Positions 1 to 8,620 are shown, numbered from the stretch's first letter. The stretch: DNA of 64,000 nucleotides from Candidatus Parcubacteria bacterium (GCA_963814275.1 CAWFCE010000001.1:131307-195306), one strand, 5' to 3'. Notes: generated by a model not told the origin, from the letters alone. Translations and numbers: made by a program.

Positions 1-431
1 TCGGCATCAATACCGCCATCGTCCAGGGAGCGCAGAATATTGGGTTTGCCATTCCGGTAAATGAGGCCAGGAACGTGTATGACAGCGTCCTGCAATACGG
101 CCGGATCGTCAGGCCGTGGCTGGGAGTGCGCTATATACCGGTTAACCAGGACCTGGCCGACCAGAACCAGTTGAGCGTCAATTACGGCGCGCTCATAGTG
201 CGGGGAGATACTACGGCAGACTTGGCTGTCATTCCCGGTTCGCCGGCTGACAAGGCAGGCCTTAAAGAAAACGATATTATACTCGAAGTAGACGGCCAGA
301 AACTTGATGAAAACCATCCTTTGTCCAGTATAATCGGCCAGCATAAGCCCGGCGACACGGTCAAACTGAAAATTTTATCCCAGGGACAGGAAAAAACCGT
401 GTCAATAAAACTCGAAGAAATGCAATCATAA
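1..431 (+). CDS. HtrA/DegP-family serine protease, C-terminal part (5' end lies outside the window)
   Basis: Frame is open from nt 3. The translation GINTAIVQGAQNIGFAIPVN matches the end of a trypsin-like domain. A PDZ-like segment follows (PGSPADKAGLKENDIILEVDGQKL). Stop TAA at 429-431. Confidence 0.8.
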   Translation, partial: GINTAIVQGAQNIGFAIPVNEARNVYDSVLQYGRIVRPWLGVRYIPVNQDLADQNQLSVNYGALIVRGDTTADLAVIPGSPADKAGLKENDIILEVDGQKLDENHPLSSIIGQHKPGDTVKLKILSQGQEKTVSIKLEEMQS

Positions 432-495
432 ATGACGGATAAACACGAATTGTATACGAATTTACACTAATCACAAATAAATAAAATCGATTGAA

Positions 496-530
496 AAGAC
501 AGCTGGCTTTCCCGCCAACTGTCTTTTTGT
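496..530 (+). terminator. Rho-independent terminator candidate after the protease gene
   Basis: Stem aagacagctgg (496-506) pairs with ccaactgtctt (515-525) with one mismatch, followed by tttttgtt. Confidence 0.6.
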
Positions 531-610
531 TCGCTTAAATGGGTGTGGTCCTGATTTTGCGAAAGAATCAGGACCGCAGTCATTTATAAGTAAATAGGCT
601 TGGTAATGAA

Positions 611-639
611 TTGCCAAACTTTTTTTGATATGTTAAAAT
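611..639 (+). promoter_or_regulatory. Sigma-70-like promoter candidate for the ABC-2 operon
   Basis: TTGCCA (611-616), a 17-nt spacer, then TAAAAT (634-639), about 33 nt upstream of the ATG at 672. Confidence 0.45.
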
Positions 640-671
640 TATAGTAGTTTTTATTTAATATAAGTTAAAAT

Positions 672-1466
672 ATGCGAAAGTATTGGGCAGTATTTCGATT
701 AAGCTTCGCCCGGATCATGGCTTACCGTTTCAATTTCCTGCTGGGCCGGCTGCGGAATGTGGTCGTGATGCTGCTATTGTTCTATGTCTGGCGGTCCCTC
801 ACTCTGAAAACAGGCTCTTTTGCCGGCTACACGGAGGCCGAACTTGTGGCTTACGTTTTTGGCATCAATATCCTGCGCTCGGTCATCTTCGGCGCCCAGT
901 CGCGCGATGTGGCTCATGAGATCAACCAGGGATATTTTTCCAAATATCTGGCCCAGCCGGTGAATTATTTTTGGTTCAATTGGTTCCGGGAGCTGGCCCA
1001 GCGATCGGTGAATACGTTGGCGGCGGTAGTGGAAGTTTCGCTTTTTGTTTTGATCCTGCGGGTAGATATTTTTACGCAAAGCAGCCGGCTCTTATTGGCT
1101 GCGTGCCTGTTGTCAATTATTTTGGCGGCGTTACTCTATTCGGTCATTTCCTATGCTGTCAGTCTGCTGGCTTTCTGGTCGCGCGAAGCGATGGGGCCGC
1201 GCTTCCTGTTCGAATGGATCCTGGAATCCGCCTCCGGCGCTTATTTCCCCCTCAACATCCTTTCCCCATTCTGGTTTGCCGTTCTTTCACGGTTGCCCTT
1301 CTTCTACCTCCTGTATCTCCCCATCAGCATTTATTTGGGCAGATACGGGTGGCCGCAAATAATGCTCGGATTGACCTGGCAGTTGTTTTGGCTGGTCGGA
1401 TTCAGCCTGCTTACGAAGGTGATCTGGGATAAGGGTTTGGAGCGTTATAGCGGCGAAGGGGCGTGA
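672..1466 (+). CDS. ABC-2 family transporter permease (pair 1, subunit A)
   Basis: 264-aa polytopic membrane protein. It is homologous in layout to the 3214 and 5770 ORFs (MxKYW start, SGAYFP-type motif, C-terminal GLxxY tail) and lies in an operon with an ABC ATPase. Confidence 0.75.
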   Translation: MRKYWAVFRLSFARIMAYRFNFLLGRLRNVVVMLLLFYVWRSLTLKTGSFAGYTEAELVAYVFGINILRSVIFGAQSRDVAHEINQGYFSKYLAQPVNYFWFNWFRELAQRSVNTLAAVVEVSLFVLILRVDIFTQSSRLLLAACLLSIILAALLYSVISYAVSLLAFWSREAMGPRFLFEWILESASGAYFPLNILSPFWFAVLSRLPFFYLLYLPISIYLGRYGWPQIMLGLTWQLFWLVGFSLLTKVIWDKGLERYSGEGA

Positions 1467-1542
1467 CAGATTTCGAATTATGGATGTTGAATGTCGGATA
1501 ATTTTAACCATAACGCTTTTCTGAAAAAATAATCAAGCGATT

Positions 1543-2328
1543 ATGAAAAAATATCTTAAGGTTTGGAAGCAGCTTAGTGTTTGCGCAATCGGATCATATC
1601 TATCCAACCGGATCGATTCTTTGAGCTATTTTTTGGGTAAGCTGGTCCGCTTCGGTTTTTTCCTGCTTTTGATCGTTTCCATCTTCCGCCATACCGATAA
1701 TTTGGCCGGCTACGGAAAATATGCAGTGATCTTATTCTTCCTGACATTCAACCTGATGGATGTCCTGCCCCAGGCTTTCTTCCGCGGCATATACCTTTTT
1801 CGCGACGATGTCCGGAAAGGCAACTTCGATTTTATCCTGGCTAAGCCGGTCAGTCCGCTTTTTTATTCCCTGACCAGGCTGACCGATCTTCTTGATATGC
1901 TTTTTCTCTTACCCACCATTGCCCTGATAGTTTACACTGTTTTGAAGCTTCCCGATGCCGTAACAGCCGTGAACATCGCGTCTTATGTGGGCTTTGTCCT
2001 GATCGGCATGCTGATTCTCGTCGGTATCCATATTTTGTCCGCCGTGATCACTGTCTGGACGCTGGAAAGCGAAAATTTCGTCTGGTTCTACCGCGAATCC
2101 ATGACCATCGGCCGCTTTCCCCCGGAAATTTACAGCCCGGTTGTCCAGGTTATTTTTACTTATTTCATGCCCGTAATCATAATTATCGCTTTTCCGGCCA
2201 AGGCTCTGCTGGGAATGTTGTCCGCGACAAATATCATACTGGCATTAATTTACAGTATTTTATTTTTTTCAACCGCGGTATTTCTGTGGCGTTTAAGCCT
2301 CAAGCATTACCAAAGCGCCTCGAGCTAG
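1543..2328 (+). CDS. ABC-2 family transporter permease (pair 1, subunit B)
   Basis: 261-aa polytopic membrane protein, paralogous in layout to the 3969 and 6525 ORFs, directly downstream of subunit A. Confidence 0.75.
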   Translation: MKKYLKVWKQLSVCAIGSYLSNRIDSLSYFLGKLVRFGFFLLLIVSIFRHTDNLAGYGKYAVILFFLTFNLMDVLPQAFFRGIYLFRDDVRKGNFDFILAKPVSPLFYSLTRLTDLLDMLFLLPTIALIVYTVLKLPDAVTAVNIASYVGFVLIGMLILVGIHILSAVITVWTLESENFVWFYRESMTIGRFPPEIYSPVVQVIFTYFMPVIIIIAFPAKALLGMLSATNIILALIYSILFFSTAVFLWRLSLKHYQSASS

Positions 2329-2330
2329 GA

Positions 2331-2431
2331 TTCCACTTGGCTTTACCTGCCTGCCGGCAGGCAGGGCCGAAGGTTCGCCAGGCTTCCACTTGGCTTCAGC
2401 CGAAGGTTCGCCAGGCTTTAGCCTGGTACAT
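2331..2431 (+). repeat. Family-2 palindromic repeat cluster, left-end (LE) type
   Basis: ttccacttggcttta, the 20-bp perfect palindrome cctgcctgccggcaggcagg (2346-2365), gccgaaggttcgccaggc units, and terminal hairpin ccaggc-ttta-gcctgg (2411-2426). Confidence 0.9.
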
Positions 2432-2463
2432 AACAAAGCGCAACAAAATTAAAATCGCAAAAA

Positions 2464-3057
2464 ATGCCCCATTACGCCCATTTGAAAAACGGCCCCGCAT
2501 ATTGGCCCGATGACGCCATTTATTTTCTGACCGACTCAACATTCATGCATTTCCCGTATTTTGATTCGCCCGAACAAAAGCAGATCGTTTTAAACCAGAT
2601 CAAAAAGATAAATAAATTATTAAGTATCCCTTTTTCCGCATTTAGTATTTCGAAAAATCATTATCATTTAAAATTTTATTTGGACAAGGGAGTTAAGCTC
2701 AATAAAGTAAAACAATATTTGCGAGGTGGAATTTCTTATGAATACAATAAAAGATTCGAAAAACCCTACCGGGAAATGTGGCAAACCCTGAAAACAGTAA
2801 TTGTCACGTCAGAAAGCATGGATTGGAAAGTGGCCGGATATATAATCGGTAATTTGATAAAACATCGGGAAGTCAGCACCTTTAACGACTTGATGGAAAA
2901 TGAGTATTCAAGTTTTTGGTATATGGCCGGTAAATACGGTTATGAGGAAATGGTAAGCTTGGTCAGGGAGATAATCGAAATAGATGAAAGCAGGGAAGGT
3001 GAGGTGGATTTACAGAAATTGAGCGGTTTAAATGTAAAGAAGTTTGTGAATAGATAG
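2464..3057 (+). CDS. Divergent RAYT-like / IS200-type HUH (Y1) transposase-family protein, copy 1
   Basis: Motifs occur in RAYT order: AIYFLT strand, HUH-like NHYHLKF, MWQ (RAYT has WQxRF), YIIGNLIKH (RAYT has YIxxNPVKH, the catalytic Tyr region) and EYSSF. The gene is bracketed by inverted repeat clusters. Confidence 0.6.
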   Translation: MPHYAHLKNGPAYWPDDAIYFLTDSTFMHFPYFDSPEQKQIVLNQIKKINKLLSIPFSAFSISKNHYHLKFYLDKGVKLNKVKQYLRGGISYEYNKRFEKPYREMWQTLKTVIVTSESMDWKVAGYIIGNLIKHREVSTFNDLMENEYSSFWYMAGKYGYEEMVSLVREIIEIDESREGEVDLQKLSGLNVKKFVNR

Positions 3058-3082
3058 TTATTTTTTGGGTGAATTTTACGGT

Positions 3083-3163
3083 GTATGAGGCTAAAGCCTC
3101 AACGACCTTCGGCCCTGCCTGCCGGCAGGCAGGTAAAGCCAAGTGGAAGCCTCAACGACCTTT
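3083..3163 (-). repeat. Family-2 palindromic repeat cluster, right-end (RE) type (inverted relative to LE)
   Basis: Hairpin tgaggc-taaa-gcctca (3086-3101), then accttcggc, palindrome 3114-3133, then taaagccaagtggaagcctcaacgaccttt. This is the reverse complement of the LE modules. Confidence 0.9.
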
Positions 3164-3213
3164 GACTAATGCGGAACGGAAGATATCCGATAATAACCTT
3201 TTGACTTTATCAC

Positions 3214-4011
3214 ATGAAAAAGTACTGGACCATTATCAACAATGAATTCCAGCGGCAGTTTACCTACCGGGCGAATATCCTGGCTTTTGTGCTGGGTAAT
3301 TTCGTCAATTTAATATCCTTGGTAGTGGTTTGGTACGCGGCTTACCGAAGCGTTGAATCGGTCGGCGGTTACAGCTTCCGGGAGATGATGACCTATGTCG
3401 TGGTTGGCTGGGTGATCTTGTTCATGACCAACAACTACGGCTTCGAATCGATCGTTTCCCGCGACATTCTGCTCGGCACGATGTCCAATTTCCTGACCAA
3501 GCCGATCTCTTATCTGCGCTACACCTTTGCCCGCTCCATCGGCCGGGTAATGGTGGCCTTTATGGTTGTGATCCTGCAGAGCGTTGCCTATATTTTATTA
3601 TTTCACGGTTTTCTCGTATTTCGCTTGGATTTTTTCGGCTCGATCGTGTTCTGCCTGATGCTGGCCATGAGCTTTGTCATCAAAATATTTTTCGCTATCC
3701 TGGTCGGCTTGATCGCTTTCTGGACGATCGATGTTTCGGGCGTGCAGACGGCCGCCAATGTCATCATCCGCTTTTTTTCCGGCGCCTACTTCCCGGTCAA
3801 CCTGCTGCCCGCCGCTTTCGTCAATGTCAGCCTGGCCCTGCCCTTCGTCTATACCCATTATGTCCCGACCCAGTTCTTTATCGGTAAGATCGATCTGCGC
3901 GGGGCGTTATACGGGGTCTTGGTGCAGTTTATCTGGCTAATCATTTTATATATCATCGTGAAATACATATGGAAAATCGGCCTCAAGAAATACGAAAGCG
4001 TCGGTATCTGA
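3214..4011 (+). CDS. ABC-2 family transporter permease (pair 2, subunit A, copy 1)
   Basis: 265-aa polytopic membrane protein with FSGAYFP motif and C-terminal GLKKYESVGI. Its translation is identical to the 5770 ORF. Confidence 0.8.
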   Translation: MKKYWTIINNEFQRQFTYRANILAFVLGNFVNLISLVVVWYAAYRSVESVGGYSFREMMTYVVVGWVILFMTNNYGFESIVSRDILLGTMSNFLTKPISYLRYTFARSIGRVMVAFMVVILQSVAYILLFHGFLVFRLDFFGSIVFCLMLAMSFVIKIFFAILVGLIAFWTIDVSGVQTAANVIIRFFSGAYFPVNLLPAAFVNVSLALPFVYTHYVPTQFFIGKIDLRGALYGVLVQFIWLIILYIIVKYIWKIGLKKYESVGI

Positions 4012-4811
4012 CATTCGCGCGGAAGATCATCGCGGTTAGCCGCAACGAATGGCTGAAAGCTTTTTTTTACCGGGTAAGTATCTTGTCCTTTCGCCTCGGG
4101 GAATTCGTGCAAGTGGCTTTCAATGTAATAATATGGACGGCCATCTTCCGCTCCGCGGCCGAAGTGGGCGGTTATGATTATCCGCAAATGATGACCTATA
4201 TCGTGGTCGGTTATTTGTTTGCCCTTTTGAGCGACAACTATGTCTATGAAGCCAATATATCACGCTTGATCCACGATGGGCGCCTTTCCAATATCATGGT
4301 AAAACCGATATCATTTCTCGGCTATATCGTGTCCGCCGCCCTGGGCCGGGTGAGCGTAACGATCTTTTCCTCGTCCTTTATGCTGCTGCCGATCATAATA
4401 TTTTGGAACCGGCTGTTGCCGCCCAGCGGTTTCTTGCCCGTCTTGATCATTCTGGCCATTTTGATCATCAGTTATTTCGTCAAACTCTTCCTGTCGATCC
4501 TAATCGGCATGATCGCGTTCTGGTTCATCCAGGTTTCCGGCTTCCAGTCGTCTTTCCGGCAACTGGAAAAAATGCTTTCCGGCTCTTATTTCCCGATCAA
4601 CATCCTGCCGTTAATTTACGTTAAGATCAGCCTGTTTTTCCCCTTTGCCTATACGTTTTTCGTGCCAATGCAGATCTATCTGGGCAAGATGGGTATTTTG
4701 GAAGGATTTATAAGCATCGGTGTAATATCCGCCTGGCTTCTTGCGCTTTATGGTATAATTAAATTGGTTTATAAAATGGGTTTAAAGAAATACGAAAGCG
4801 TCGGTATTTGA
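3969..4811 (+). CDS. ABC-2 family transporter permease (pair 2, subunit B, copy 1)
   Basis: 280-aa polytopic membrane protein. ATG 3969 is the only ATG/GTG/TTG upstream of the conserved RRYL N-terminus, which gives a 43-nt overlap with the upstream gene and suggests translational coupling. Confidence 0.75.
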   Translation: MENRPQEIRKRRYLTFARKIIAVSRNEWLKAFFYRVSILSFRLGEFVQVAFNVIIWTAIFRSAAEVGGYDYPQMMTYIVVGYLFALLSDNYVYEANISRLIHDGRLSNIMVKPISFLGYIVSAALGRVSVTIFSSSFMLLPIIIFWNRLLPPSGFLPVLIILAILIISYFVKLFLSILIGMIAFWFIQVSGFQSSFRQLEKMLSGSYFPINILPLIYVKISLFFPFAYTFFVPMQIYLGKMGILEGFISIGVISAWLLALYGIIKLVYKMGLKKYESVGI

Positions 4812-4830
4812 TAAATAATAAATGCATCCT

Positions 4831-4987
4831 CCACTTGGCTTTAGCGTTCGTCCGGGCTTACGCCAAAGACCGAAGGTTCGCCAGGCTTCCACTTGGCTTT
4901 ACCTGCCTGCCGGCAGGCAGGGCCGAAGGTTCGCCAGGCTTCCACTTGGCTTCAGCCGAAGGTTCGCCAGGCTTTAGCCTGGTACAT
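4831..4987 (+). repeat. Family-2 repeat cluster, extended LE type (copy-1/copy-2 junction)
   Basis: Three ccacttggctt units, palindrome 4902-4921, terminal hairpin ccaggctttagcctgg. The last 101 nt equal 2331-2431. Confidence 0.9.
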
Positions 4988-5019
4988 AATAAAGCGCAAC
5001 AAAATTAAAATCTCAAAAA

Positions 5020-5613
5020 ATGCCCCATTACGCCCCTTTGAAAAACAGCCCCACATATTGGCCCGATGACGCCATCTATTTTCTGACCGACTCAACATTC
5101 ATGCATTTCCCGTATTTTGATTCGTCCGAGCAAAAGCAAATCGTTTTAAACCAGATCAAAAAGATAAATAAATTATTGAGTATCCCTTTTTCCGCATATA
5201 GTATTTCGAAAAATCATTATCATTTAAAATTTTATTTGGATAAGGGAGTTAAGCTCAATAAAGTAAAACAATATTTGCGGGGTGGAATTTCTTATGAATA
5301 CAATAAAAGATTCGAAAAACCCTACCGGGAAATGTGGCAAACCCTGAAAACAGTAATTGTCACGTCAGAAAGCATGGATTGGAAAGTGGCCGGATATATA
5401 ATCGGTAATTTGATAAAACATCGGGAAGTCAGCACCTTTAACGACTTGATGGAAAATGAGTATTCAAGTTTTTGGTATATGGCCGGTAAATACGGTTATG
5501 AGGAAATGGTAAGCTTGGTCAGGGAGATAATCGAAATAGATGAAAGCAGGGAAGGTGAGGTGGATTTACAGAAATTGAGCGGTTTAAATGTAAAGAAGTT
5601 TGTGAATAGATAG
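5020..5613 (+). CDS. Divergent RAYT-like HUH protein, copy 2
   Basis: 197 aa. It differs from copy 1 at five residues (H6P, G10S, A12T, P35S, F59Y) plus several synonymous changes, all in the 5' third. Confidence 0.6.
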   Translation: MPHYAPLKNSPTYWPDDAIYFLTDSTFMHFPYFDSSEQKQIVLNQIKKINKLLSIPFSAYSISKNHYHLKFYLDKGVKLNKVKQYLRGGISYEYNKRFEKPYREMWQTLKTVIVTSESMDWKVAGYIIGNLIKHREVSTFNDLMENEYSSFWYMAGKYGYEEMVSLVREIIEIDESREGEVDLQKLSGLNVKKFVNR

Positions 5614-5638
5614 TTAATTTTTGGGTAAATTTTACGGT

Positions 5639-5719
5639 GTATGAGGCTAAAGCCTCAACGACCTTCGGCCCTGCCTGCCGGCAGGCAGGTAAAGCCAAGT
5701 GGAAGCCTCAACGACCTTT
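5639..5719 (-). repeat. Family-2 repeat cluster, RE type (copy 2)
   Basis: Same sequence as 3083-3163, shifted by 2,556 nt. Palindrome at 5670-5689. Confidence 0.9.
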
Positions 5720-5769
5720 GGCTAATGCGGAACGGAAGATATCCGATAATAACCTTTTGACTTTATCAC

Positions 5770-6567
5770 ATGAAAAAGTACTGGACCATTATCAACAATG
5801 AATTCCAGCGGCAGTTTACCTACCGGGCGAATATCCTGGCTTTTGTGCTGGGTAATTTCGTCAATTTAATATCCTTGGTAGTGGTTTGGTACGCGGCTTA
5901 CCGAAGCGTTGAATCGGTCGGCGGTTACAGCTTCCGGGAGATGATGACCTATGTCGTGGTTGGCTGGGTGATCTTGTTCATGACCAACAACTACGGCTTC
6001 GAATCGATCGTTTCCCGCGACATTCTGCTCGGCACGATGTCCAATTTCCTGACCAAGCCGATCTCTTACCTGCGCTACACCTTTGCCCGCTCCATCGGCC
6101 GGGTAATGGTGGCCTTTATGGTTGTGATCCTGCAGAGCGTTGCCTATATTTTATTATTTCACGGTTTTCTCGTATTTCGCTTGGATTTTTTCGGCTCGAT
6201 CGTGTTCTGCCTGATGCTGGCCATGAGCTTTGTCATCAAAATATTTTTCGCTATCCTGGTCGGCTTGATCGCTTTCTGGACGATCGATGTTTCGGGCGTG
6301 CAGACGGCCGCCAATGTCATCATCCGCTTTTTTTCCGGCGCCTACTTCCCGGTCAACCTGCTGCCCGCCGCTTTCGTCAATGTCAGCCTGGCCCTGCCCT
6401 TCGTCTATACCCATTATGTCCCGACCCAGTTCTTTATCGGTAAGATCGATCTGCGCGGGGCGTTATACGGGGTCTTGGTGCAGTTTATCTGGCTAATCAT
6501 ATTATATATCATCGTGAAATACATATGGAAAATCGGCCTCAAGAAATACGAAAGCGTCGGTATCTGA
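5770..6567 (+). CDS. ABC-2 family transporter permease (pair 2, subunit A, copy 2)
   Basis: Protein identical to the 3214..4011 product. Confidence 0.8.
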   Translation: MKKYWTIINNEFQRQFTYRANILAFVLGNFVNLISLVVVWYAAYRSVESVGGYSFREMMTYVVVGWVILFMTNNYGFESIVSRDILLGTMSNFLTKPISYLRYTFARSIGRVMVAFMVVILQSVAYILLFHGFLVFRLDFFGSIVFCLMLAMSFVIKIFFAILVGLIAFWTIDVSGVQTAANVIIRFFSGAYFPVNLLPAAFVNVSLALPFVYTHYVPTQFFIGKIDLRGALYGVLVQFIWLIILYIIVKYIWKIGLKKYESVGI

Positions 6568-7367
6568 CATTCGCGCGGAAGATCATCGCGGTTAGCCGCA
6601 ACGAATGGCTGAAAGCTTTTTTTTACCGGGTAAGTATCTTGTCCTTTCGCCTCGGGGAATTCGTGCAAGTGGCTTTCAATGTAATAATATGGACGGCCAT
6701 CTTCCGCTCCGCGGCCGAAGTGGGCGGTTATGATTATCCGCAAATGATGACCTATATCGTGGTCGGTTATTTGTTTGCCCTTTTGAGCGACAACTATGTC
6801 TATGAAGCCAATATATCACGCTTGATCCACGATGGGCGCCTTTCCAATATCATGGTAAAACCGATATCATTTCTCGGCTATATCGTGTCCGCCGCCCTGG
6901 GCCGGGTGAGCGTAACGATCTTTTCCTCGTCCTTTATGCTGCTGCCGATCATAATATTTTGGAACCGGCTGTTGCCGCCCAGCGGTTTCTTGCCCGTCTT
7001 GATCATTCTGGCCATTTTGATCATCAGTTATTTTGTCAAACTCTTCCTGTCGATCCTGATCGGCATGATCGCGTTCTGGTTCATCCAGGTTTCCGGCTTC
7101 CAGTCGTCTTTCCGGCAACTGGAAAAAATGCTTTCCGGCTCTTATTTCCCGATCAACATCCTGCCGTTAATTTACGTTAAGATCAGCCTGTTTTTCCCCT
7201 TTGCCTATACGTTTTTCGTGCCAATGCAGATCTATCTGGGCAAAATGAGTATTGGGGAGGGTTTTGTGAGTATCGGTGTAATATCCGCCTGGCTTCTTGC
7301 GCTTTATGGTATAATTAAATTGGTTTATAAAATGGGTTTAAAGAAATACGAAAGCGTCGGTATTTGA
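6525..7367 (+). CDS. ABC-2 family transporter permease (pair 2, subunit B, copy 2)
   Basis: 280 aa. It differs from copy 1 only near the C-terminus (KMSIGEGFVSIGV versus KMGILEGFISIGV). Confidence 0.75.
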   Translation: MENRPQEIRKRRYLTFARKIIAVSRNEWLKAFFYRVSILSFRLGEFVQVAFNVIIWTAIFRSAAEVGGYDYPQMMTYIVVGYLFALLSDNYVYEANISRLIHDGRLSNIMVKPISFLGYIVSAALGRVSVTIFSSSFMLLPIIIFWNRLLPPSGFLPVLIILAILIISYFVKLFLSILIGMIAFWFIQVSGFQSSFRQLEKMLSGSYFPINILPLIYVKISLFFPFAYTFFVPMQIYLGKMSIGEGFVSIGVISAWLLALYGIIKLVYKMGLKKYESVGI

Positions 7368-7386
7368 TAAATAATAAATGCATCCT

Positions 7387-7539
7387 CCACTTGGCTTTAG
7401 CGTTCGTCCGGGCTTACGCCAAAGACCGAAGGTTCGCCAGGCTTCCACTTGGCTTTACCTGCCCGCCGGCAGGCAGGTAAAGCCAAGTGGAAGCCTCAAC
7501 GACCTTCGGCCCTGCCTGCCGGCAGGCAGGTAAAGCCAA
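7387..7539. repeat. Family-2 repeat cluster: LE joined directly to RE with no gene between them (empty element)
   Basis: 7443-7492 is a near-perfect 50-bp palindrome (ttccacttggctttacctgcccgcc|ggcaggcaggtaaagccaagtggaa). An RE module with a second palindrome follows (7511-7530). Confidence 0.9.
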
Positions 7540-7584
7540 TCGAACGATGTCGTATTTTTGTAGTAATTATATTATCATAATAAT

Positions 7585-8580
7585 ATGCCTATCATCGAAG
7601 TTAAAAAACTGAAGAAGACTTACGAGTACTATAAGAAACAGCCCGGATTAATGGCGTCCTTTACCGGATTGTTCAAACGGGAGAAGCTTTTTGCCGAAGC
7701 GGTCAAGGAGATCGATTTTTCGATCGAAGAAGGGGAGCTGATCGGCTTTGTCGGCCCGAACGGCGCCGGCAAGACCACCACCCTGAAAATGCTTTCCGGC
7801 ATTCTCTACCCCAGTTCCGGGGAAGCGAGGGTGCTCGGGCATACCCCCTGGGAGCGGAAGAAGGAATACCAGAAGCAGTTCGCGATCGTGATGGGGCAGA
7901 AGAACCAGCTCTGGTGGGACCTGCCGCCGATGGAAAGTTTCATCCTGAACAAGGAAATCTACGAAGTGAGCGATGAGGATTTCAGGTCCGTTATGGATGA
8001 ATTGGTCGAACTTCTGGATGTCAAGGATATCATCAACGTGCCGGTCCGGAAGCTTTCACTGGGCCAGCGGATGAAGTGCGAACTGATCGCCGCCCTTCTG
8101 CACCGCCCGAAAGTGCTGTTTCTGGACGAGCCGACCATCGGCCTGGACGTGGTGGCGCAGAAGAATATCCGCGATTTTATCCGCAAATATAACCGCGAAA
8201 AAAAGACCACCATCATCCTGACCTCGCATTATATGGAAGACATCAGGGAGCTTTGCGAGCGGATTATTATTATCGATTCCGGCAAGATCATCTATGACGG
8301 TTCGCTCAATGAAGTGATCAAAAAGTATGCTCCTTATAAAGAGCTGAAAATTACTTTTAACGGGGACGGTATTACCCGTGACCAGGCCGAACAGTACGGC
8401 AAGCTGGATAGGTTCGATCCGCATTCGATCGTTCTGCGCGTCGAGCGGGAGCGGACCAAGGAAGCGGCCGCCAGAATTCTCGCCTCCGACCTGCCGGTGG
8501 ACGACATCCTGATAGACGAGGTCGATATCCAGCGCGTGATTCGAAGGATATTCAATAGCCATCACAAGACAGTAAGCTAA
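7585..8580 (+). CDS. ABC transporter ATP-binding protein (partner of the ABC-2 permeases)
   Basis: Walker A GPNGAGKTTT, signature LSLGQRM, Walker B VLFLDEPT, and the QLWWDLP segment typical of this ATPase subfamily. Confidence 0.9.
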   Translation: MPIIEVKKLKKTYEYYKKQPGLMASFTGLFKREKLFAEAVKEIDFSIEEGELIGFVGPNGAGKTTTLKMLSGILYPSSGEARVLGHTPWERKKEYQKQFAIVMGQKNQLWWDLPPMESFILNKEIYEVSDEDFRSVMDELVELLDVKDIINVPVRKLSLGQRMKCELIAALLHRPKVLFLDEPTIGLDVVAQKNIRDFIRKYNREKKTTIILTSHYMEDIRELCERIIIIDSGKIIYDGSLNEVIKKYAPYKELKITFNGDGITRDQAEQYGKLDRFDPHSIVLRVERERTKEAAARILASDLPVDDILIDEVDIQRVIRRIFNSHHKTVS

Positions 8581-8620
8581 TTTTTGTTGTATAATAATAT
8601 TAAAGTAATATTTACCGGTT

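Larger units (their letters stand above)
2331..7477 (+). repeat. Tandem segmental duplication, period 2,556 bp (copy 1 at 2331-4886, copy 2 at 4887-7442, 35-nt third start at 7443-7477)
   Basis: All three ORF pairs are offset by exactly 2,556 nt (2464/5020, 3214/5770, 3969/6525). I counted roughly 25 substitutions by eye, clustered near the unit ends. Confidence 0.95.

Noticed and set aside
547-575. Perfect 10-bp hairpin ggtcctgatt / aatcaggacc between the protease terminator and the ABC operon promoter.
   Set aside because: It has no U-run and I saw no second copy in the window, so the evidence is insufficient to call a terminator, REP or regulatory site.
2286-2513. Short ORFs running through the repeat clusters (2286-2513, 4808-5008, 10584-10769).
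   Set aside because: They are translations of palindromic repeat DNA. They lack SD sequences and overlap elements that also occur in the inverted orientation elsewhere.
2331-7539. Possibility that the recurring palindromes form a CRISPR array.
   Set aside because: The repeats are not evenly spaced and occur in both orientations. They are separated by whole genes rather than 25-50-nt unique spacers, and no cas genes are present.
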